Source of the DNA: Candidatus Woesearchaeota archaeon
Lineage (GTDB): Archaea > Nanobdellota > Nanobdellia > SCGC-AAA011-G17 > PNOQ01
NCBI GenBank assembly: GCA_018663865.1
Contig: JABJPM010000030.1
Span: forward strand, 117 to 64,116
Direction of reading: 5' to 3'
Length of the DNA stretch: 64,000 nucleotides
The translations under genes and the position numbers were made by a program. Shown piece after piece: positions 59,170 to 64,000 of the stretch. Under the pieces are notes generated by a model. That model did no database searches and was not told the DNA's origin. It saw only the letters and a list, made by a program, of their open reading frames with translations. The stretch's first letter is position 1; the number at the start of each line of letters is the position of its first letter.

Positions 59170-59769
59170 TTAATAGTCCCCTAAATTTTTTTGAGCTTCT
59201 GCCTTCGCAATTCGCTTATATGTTGCCCAAGTTTGCCTGAATAATTCTGGATGTTTTTTCCAATTCGCCTTTAGAAATGCTTGAGTAATTGGGTTTGCCG
59301 GATAACCTGGCCCTGTTTCGCCGTAGATTTTCCTTAATTTATCAATTTCTGCATCTCTTGTAACTTTTGCTAAGATAGACGCCGCACCAGGTTCTATGTA
59401 GTTTAAATCTGCTTTGTGTTCAGTCACGAATTTCACATTTTTATCTTCAACTCTTTCTTTTACAAATTCCTCATATGATTGAATATTTGTTGAAGGGCAA
59501 TCTAATATTGCTTTTTCTGGTTTTAACTCGTTAATTATTTGTGCAGTTGCGACCCCTTCTAATTTATTTAAGTTTGAATCTGGAGAATTTAATGCATTAT
59601 CAATCTCCTGAGGAGATAAAATTATAATTTTGTATGAAGTGACTATTTTTTTAATAACTTCAAACATATCTTCTCTTTTTGCAGGAGGAATTAATTTTGA
59701 GTCTTTAACGCCCATATTTCTTAATTGTTCTGCTTGTTCTGGAGTTACCACTACACCAGCCATAACCAT
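59170..59769 (-). CDS. rnhB: RNase HII, C-terminal roughly 90% (lacks the N-terminal catalytic GIDEAG block in this frame)
   Basis: 'MVMAGVVV...DSKLI...' continues a canonical RNase HII. The upstream in-frame sequence reads ...TAGGPVLGPMVMAGVVV immediately after a TGA. Confidence 0.8.
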   Translation of the reverse strand: MVMAGVVVTPEQAEQLRNMGVKDSKLIPPAKREDMFEVIKKIVTSYKIIILSPQEIDNALNSPDSNLNKLEGVATAQIINELKPEKAILDCPSTNIQSYEEFVKERVEDKNVKFVTEHKADLNYIEPGAASILAKVTRDAEIDKLRKIYGETGPGYPANPITQAFLKANWKKHPELFRQTWATYKRIAKAEAQKNLGDY

Positions 59770-59813
59770 TGGACCAAGGACAGGACCCCCTGCGGTGAGA
59801 AAAACTAGTTGCT

Positions 59814-60848
59814 TTACTCATTTCCGGCTTCGTCGATGCCACAAGTCAATGATTTTCCTTTTTCAGTTTTATTCCATTCCGTATCCATTTGTTTTACCAA
59901 TTCCTCTTTTTTTAACAATCTTAGTTTTTTTCTGATTGTTTTTCTTGGAATGTTTGTATCTCTCGATAAATCGCATATCTTTTTAAATTTATCTAGGGAA
60001 GTTAAAATTACTTTTTTATCATTTAATAAGATTTCTGTTATTATTTTTTTCTTGGCCCAAACGGTTTTATTTTTTATTTTCATATAACTTATCTTTTTTT
60101 CTGTTTTTAATTCTCTTAAAACATCTAATATTCTTGCTGGAGATCTATTAAATTTTTTAGATAATTCGAGTGTTCTAGTTGGTTTTATTAAAGTTTTTTC
60201 TATATTTTTTTTAAGAAATCCTTTTGAGTAGTGTGGTTCTTTTAAACTATTGATCATTCTTGCAAATTTAAATTGTTTTTCTGGATGTAATTCGGCAATG
60301 TTTAATTTATTTGTTTTTTCTAGTTGACAACCATATATCCAATAGTTTCTGTCTTGTGATTCGAATGTATGTTCTATATTAAAATGATTCAGAATATTTT
60401 CTAATATTATATATCTTTTTGATTGAGATATTCTTATACTTCTTGAATTATTATTTTTTGGATTGTGTTTAATATTGCCTTCCCCTGCAAAAAACCCTCT
60501 CAATATTCTCGAATAATTTATTTTTTCTTTTAATGTTTTGTTTACTATACTTTTCCATTCCTTTACGAAATTCACATCTGCTAGTCTATAAATATAATAT
60601 GTCTTTTTTGCTCTAATGTCTTGATAATATCTTATTTTTATATTTCCTATTTTATTGAAAAGTTTTCTTTTTGATGGGGAATATACATAAATTCTTGGTT
60701 TATTGTCTCCGGTATATATCGAATTAATTGTTTCATGAAAAAATAATATTAATTCTATGCAGTTATTTGTAAATGTTATTTCAGAAATTGTTTTATTGTC
60801 TCCTTCTGCTAACCATAATCCAACGCATTCTGATATTTGTTTATTCAT
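59814..60848 (-). CDS. LAGLIDADG homing-endonuclease-like ORF with HTH-like C-terminal region, ending in the RNase HII N-terminal catalytic motif (...SLTCGIDEAGNE*)
   Basis: Two LAGLIDADG-type motifs ('CVGLWLAEGD' at residues 8-17, 'GFFAGEGN' about 108 aa later); K-rich wHTH-like segment; last 8 residues GIDEAG = RNase HII motif I. Confidence 0.6.
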   Translation of the reverse strand: MNKQISECVGLWLAEGDNKTISEITFTNNCIELILFFHETINSIYTGDNKPRIYVYSPSKRKLFNKIGNIKIRYYQDIRAKKTYYIYRLADVNFVKEWKSIVNKTLKEKINYSRILRGFFAGEGNIKHNPKNNNSRSIRISQSKRYIILENILNHFNIEHTFESQDRNYWIYGCQLEKTNKLNIAELHPEKQFKFARMINSLKEPHYSKGFLKKNIEKTLIKPTRTLELSKKFNRSPARILDVLRELKTEKKISYMKIKNKTVWAKKKIITEILLNDKKVILTSLDKFKKICDLSRDTNIPRKTIRKKLRLLKKEELVKQMDTEWNKTEKGKSLTCGIDEAGNE

Positions 60849-60945
60849 ACTTAAAAAAGTATTTTTTTATTTATAAATTTCATGTTGGTGTTTGGCAAGC
60901 ATTTTGGAAATAAATGTGAAAAAATATTAAAAAATTTAAATGAAT

Positions 60946-61019
60946 AGCGGGAGAAGGATTTGAACCTCCGACCTCCGGGTTATGAGCCCGACGAGCACTC
61001 CTAACTGCTCCATCCCGCT
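60946..61019 (-). tRNA. tRNA-Met (CAT), probably initiator (A1:U72, three G:C pairs in anticodon stem)
   Basis: Reverse complement AGCGGGATGGAGCAGTTAGGAGTGCTCGTCGGGCTCATAACCCGGAGGTCGGAGGTTCAAATCCTTCTCCCGCTA. Confidence 0.8.
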
Positions 61020-61065
61020 ATTATAATAAAGAGAAAATTTAATTAGTTTTTAAAGGTTATGTTTT

Positions 61066-62025
61066 TTAAAATAAATTGAATAATTTTCCTATGAATAATA
61101 TATAAAGAATTACTAACATCCACCCTTCCCATTGTGTAACTTCTCTATCTTGAGTTGTGAAATAATATGTTAATGTTGCTATGATCATTACTGGTAAAGC
61201 AAATGTTAACATTGAAGCAGGAATTATTAATTTTCCGAATAATGCTGGAATTCCCATTACTGCTAATGTATTGAAAATATTAGATCCTAAAACATTACCT
61301 ATTGCCATTTCTGGATTTCCTTTTTTAGCTGCAGTTATAGAAACAAATAATTCAGGTAATGATGTTCCTAGCGCTATTGCACTTACTGCAATTATTTCTG
61401 TTGCGATATTAAGTATTTCGGAGATTTGGATTACAGAATCGATAGTATATTTTGCTCCGAAAAATATAAAGATTGTACTTAATATTAAAGTCCACCAAAC
61501 TTTTTTGTCTAGTTTTTGTTTTTTAATTTTTTTTCTCTTTTTTATTTCTTTTTTTATTTCTTTATCTTTTTTTGAAGTTGAAATTGTATATTTCATATAT
61601 ACAAATAATAGTGCTAGTGAAAGTATTGCTTCAAAAGTTGAAAAATGTTGGTCCCATATTGCTATTGTGAATAGCATTGTCGCACCAAATAATATTGGTA
61701 AATCAACGTGAACTAACCCATAATGAACTTTAAGTTTTTTCCCCATTATTGCTGCTACACCAAGTACTAAGAATATGTTTGCAATATTTGATCCAATTAC
61801 ATTACCAACTACAATTTCTGATGAATTTTGCATTACTGCAAAAAGAGAAGATATTAACTCCGGCAGTGATGTACCGATTGCAACTATTGTAACTCCTACA
61901 ATAAATGCGGGCATTTTTAAGTGCAATCCAATTTTTTCTGCTGAATCTGTAAAATAATCTGAAGCTTTGATTAGTGTGTACAATCCTGCTATGAAAATTA
62001 TTATCCAGATTGTTATGTTTAACAT
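61066..62025 (-). CDS. Ca2+/Na+ antiporter (CaCA family)
   Basis: Duplicated alpha-repeat 'GTSLPELISSLFA' / 'GTSLPELFVSITAA'. Confidence 0.85.
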   Translation of the reverse strand: MLNITIWIIIFIAGLYTLIKASDYFTDSAEKIGLHLKMPAFIVGVTIVAIGTSLPELISSLFAVMQNSSEIVVGNVIGSNIANIFLVLGVAAIMGKKLKVHYGLVHVDLPILFGATMLFTIAIWDQHFSTFEAILSLALLFVYMKYTISTSKKDKEIKKEIKKRKKIKKQKLDKKVWWTLILSTIFIFFGAKYTIDSVIQISEILNIATEIIAVSAIALGTSLPELFVSITAAKKGNPEMAIGNVLGSNIFNTLAVMGIPALFGKLIIPASMLTFALPVMIIATLTYYFTTQDREVTQWEGWMLVILYILFIGKLFNLF

Positions 62026-62100
62026 TAGAATTATTTTAATTTTTTGTTTTAAATATGTTTTGGAAAGTTTTAAAAGTAAGTTTATGATTTAATTTCTTAT

Positions 62101-62184
62101 GCCGAGATCGCATAGCCTGGTTATTGCACTGGATTGCTAATCCAGGTCCTTTGGGACTCCTGGGTTCAAATCCCAGTCTCGGCG
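62101..62184 (+). tRNA. tRNA-Ser (anticodon GCT), type II
   Basis: GCCGAGATCGCATAGCCTGGTT...anticodon loop TTGCTAA...long variable arm...GGTTCAAATCCCAGTCTCGGCG. Confidence 0.85.
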
Positions 62185-62253
62185 TATTCCTTATTAAGCA
62201 AAAGCCCTTAAAGCTATAGAACATTTTATAAATAATAATTTCTTTTTATTATT

Positions 62254-62718
62254 ATGAAATTATATTCAATCTTATTACTATTAGCTTTAACTATTTTTAT
62301 TAGTTCTTGTTCTGGAAATATCAGTTCTCAACAAATTGGATGTGACCCTACTGAAGATCAGTTTTATTTAGTAGAAAATATTGGATATACAATTGATAGT
62401 GATTCTGATGCTTTGGAAGCGTTTAAAGAATATTCTTGTTCTTATGATGATGAAGGAGGTAGTTTTGGAATGACAGATTGTATTAGAAATAATATGGCTG
62501 TTGATGAAGCCATTGGAAGCATTATAAGAAAATATGATTCAATAACTTTAAAAGATGGTTCTTTAATAGATTCTGTTTGGGTATTGTGGAGTAATCAAGC
62601 TTTCGATAAGGAAGGAAATTTTTATTATTGTGAACATATTTCAATCAATGATGGACCAGGACAATTTTGTGATGAAACTGGATGCTCTCCTTTACCAGAA
62701 GGGAAACAACCTGAATAA
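62254..62718 (+). CDS. Lipoprotein (154 aa)
   Basis: 'LLLLALTIFISSCSGNIS' lipobox. Confidence 0.55.
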   Translation: MKLYSILLLLALTIFISSCSGNISSQQIGCDPTEDQFYLVENIGYTIDSDSDALEAFKEYSCSYDDEGGSFGMTDCIRNNMAVDEAIGSIIRKYDSITLKDGSLIDSVWVLWSNQAFDKEGNFYYCEHISINDGPGQFCDETGCSPLPEGKQPE

Positions 62719-62770
62719 TAAATAATAGGAGGAAAAACTAAGAAACAATAGTTTTTGCTTAATAGGCCTT

Positions 62771-62788
62771 CAGCCCAGTCTCGGCGTT
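62771..62788 (+). repeat. Duplicate of the tRNA-Ser 3' end (CCCAGTCTCGGCGT), att-site-like
   Basis: 14-nt exact match to 62171-62185, 600 bp downstream of the tRNA. Confidence 0.6.
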
Positions 62789-62827
62789 TTTATTTTATTG
62801 AAAATGTTAGAATTGAAATAGAGTAAT

Positions 62828-63850
62828 TTATTTTAATCTTGATTTTATTTCTTCAACTAATTTTGGATTTATGTAAAAATTCATAGTCATTGTTGGATTA
62901 TTTTTCCAAACATGATCTTTTTTAACATATTTTTTGTGTCCTAATTTTGCAGCTATATTTGTGTATAGCTCATTAACTTCTTGTTTTGTTGGAGATTTAT
63001 TTTTATTTAAAAAGTTTTGAGTTGTTTTTGTTGCATAATAAGATCTTACTATATGTGGATAAAATTCTTTTCCACAATATTGTTTGAATGCTTTTTTGAA
63101 ATGCATATCTGAATAAGGGTGATTTGTATTTGGATTGACAAATATAAAATCATGATCTTTTTTATTGTTCATCCTTTGTTTTAATTGTTTAATATATTCT
63201 TTAGGAAATTCATTTGATAATTCTAATGGTACTCCATCTTTTGCTTTGTATTTGAATGTTACATTATTTTTATTTATTGTTATATCTTTTTTCTTTAATG
63301 TTGATAATCCTTTGTGTTTATGAGTTTTATAATAAATTTCACTTCCAACTCGCATGTATGTTTTTAATAATGTATACATTGGTAAAGCAATATCTTCTTT
63401 TGTTAAGGATTTTTGAATATTTATTTTTAGTTTAGAATAATATTTTTCAAATTCTTTCTCTGTGTTGTATTTTTTTGTTTTTGCCCTTTCTTTTTTTTCT
63501 AGGGTGTAAACATATGAATATGTGTTTGATGGATTTTTATAAATTACATCCCAATGTGCATTCGATGATTCGTCATGAATTGTTAGGTCTTTTGCAAAAA
63601 GAGAATATGCCTTGTCAAGTTTTTCATTATTGGGTAGCATGTTTATTCTTGCACCCTGTGGTTTTTCATTAAATTGCCCTTTCAAGAAAGTATTATCTTT
63701 TTTGTCTATTAAGACTTTGAAATTATTGTGATCTTTGAATAATTGAATTACTTTCATTGCATTTGGAAATTGACTTTTTGATTTTTTCCAAGAAGTTTTT
63801 GTTTTTTCATACACTTGAAGATCTTCTGTTTTGATTCTGTATGTTTTCAT
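62828..63850 (-). CDS. Tyrosine-recombinase / type IB topoisomerase-fold protein
   Basis: Box-II-like 'YPHIVRSYYATK' (HxxR...AT) followed by 'KLGH'; 340 aa; adjacent to the tRNA-Ser 3'-end duplication. Confidence 0.45.
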   Translation of the reverse strand: MKTYRIKTEDLQVYEKTKTSWKKSKSQFPNAMKVIQLFKDHNNFKVLIDKKDNTFLKGQFNEKPQGARINMLPNNEKLDKAYSLFAKDLTIHDESSNAHWDVIYKNPSNTYSYVYTLEKKERAKTKKYNTEKEFEKYYSKLKINIQKSLTKEDIALPMYTLLKTYMRVGSEIYYKTHKHKGLSTLKKKDITINKNNVTFKYKAKDGVPLELSNEFPKEYIKQLKQRMNNKKDHDFIFVNPNTNHPYSDMHFKKAFKQYCGKEFYPHIVRSYYATKTTQNFLNKNKSPTKQEVNELYTNIAAKLGHKKYVKKDHVWKNNPTMTMNFYINPKLVEEIKSRLK

Positions 63851-63959
63851 TATGTTTATTTTGGTTTATTTTATTAAAAAGGTTTGTTTTTTTGACCAAT
63901 ATATATATATATATGTATATTTTTATTATGATTATATATTAAAGGAGAGTGATAATAAA

Positions 63960-64000
63960 TGAAAAAAATAATGTTTGGAATTTTATTTTTGGCTGTGATT
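63960..64000 (+). CDS. Cys-rich lipoprotein family copy 3 (5' end only; cut by window end)
   Basis: 'MKKIMFGILFLAVI' and upstream RBS/(TA)n region identical to copy 1. Confidence 0.5.

Noticed and set aside
59770-59813. Simple +1/-1 sequencing frameshift explaining the rnhB split
   Set aside because: Both relevant frames contain stop codons inside the spacer (TAA, TAG in one; TGA in the other). A single-base correction cannot join the two parts; 29 or 32 nt must be removed.
59814-60848. Intein interpretation of the LAGLIDADG ORF
   Set aside because: There is no N-extein: AT-rich intergenic DNA and a tRNA lie upstream. The first LAGLIDADG motif sits at residues 8-17 rather than after intein splicing blocks A/B. 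This looks like a free-standing or N-terminally fused endonuclease module, not an intein.

Overview
This looks like an AT-rich (about 30% GC), gene-dense archaeal chromosome fragment. Gene content and context suggest a DPANN-type, possibly host-associated, archaeon, but that placement is inference. Archaeal Shine-Dalgarno sites (GGAGG-like) precede many genes, and the only GC-rich islands are RNA genes.

Housekeeping content:
- A ribosomal/RNA-polymerase block at 5.3-10.4 kb: L21e, RpoF, DUF655, S13, S4, S11, RpoD, tRNA-Leu, L18e, L13, S9, RpoN.
- S3Ae and S15.
- All three SRP components: SRP54, FtsY and an SRP RNA recognised by its helix-8 motif.
- Thermosome, SMC, archaeal DnaG, Elp3, Pth2, TrmI, the RNase P Rpp21 subunit, a Bud32 kinase, a DRG-like GTPase, a PIN/KH ATPase, a proteasome beta/HslV-like peptidase, a CaCA antiporter and six tRNAs.

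Accessory content:
- A 12-gene type IV pilus locus at 38.8-47.1 kb, with eight or nine class-III-signal pilins. A recent tandem pilin duplication includes the promoter.
- The pilus locus is followed by a small GTPase triad.
- Three large Cys/Asp-rich membrane-anchored surface proteins and a secreted C1 protease fragment.
- A lipoprotein family with a conserved RBS plus signal-peptide cassette and a (TA)n tract.
- A two-ATP-grasp plus FGase-like hydrolase cluster, a candidate peptide-ligase system.
- A nucleotidyltransferase cassette bracketed by a perfect 66-bp direct repeat that duplicates the 3' end of ftsY.
- A duplicated tRNA-Ser 3' end next to a tyrosine-recombinase/topo-IB-like gene.
- An rnhB gene whose catalytic N-terminus sits at the end of a LAGLIDADG ORF, separated from the rest of RNase HII by a 29-32 nt stop-containing spacer.
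- A three-member paralog family of about 163-aa proteins.
- An HPF-like small protein, unusual for an archaeon.

No CRISPR array was seen.
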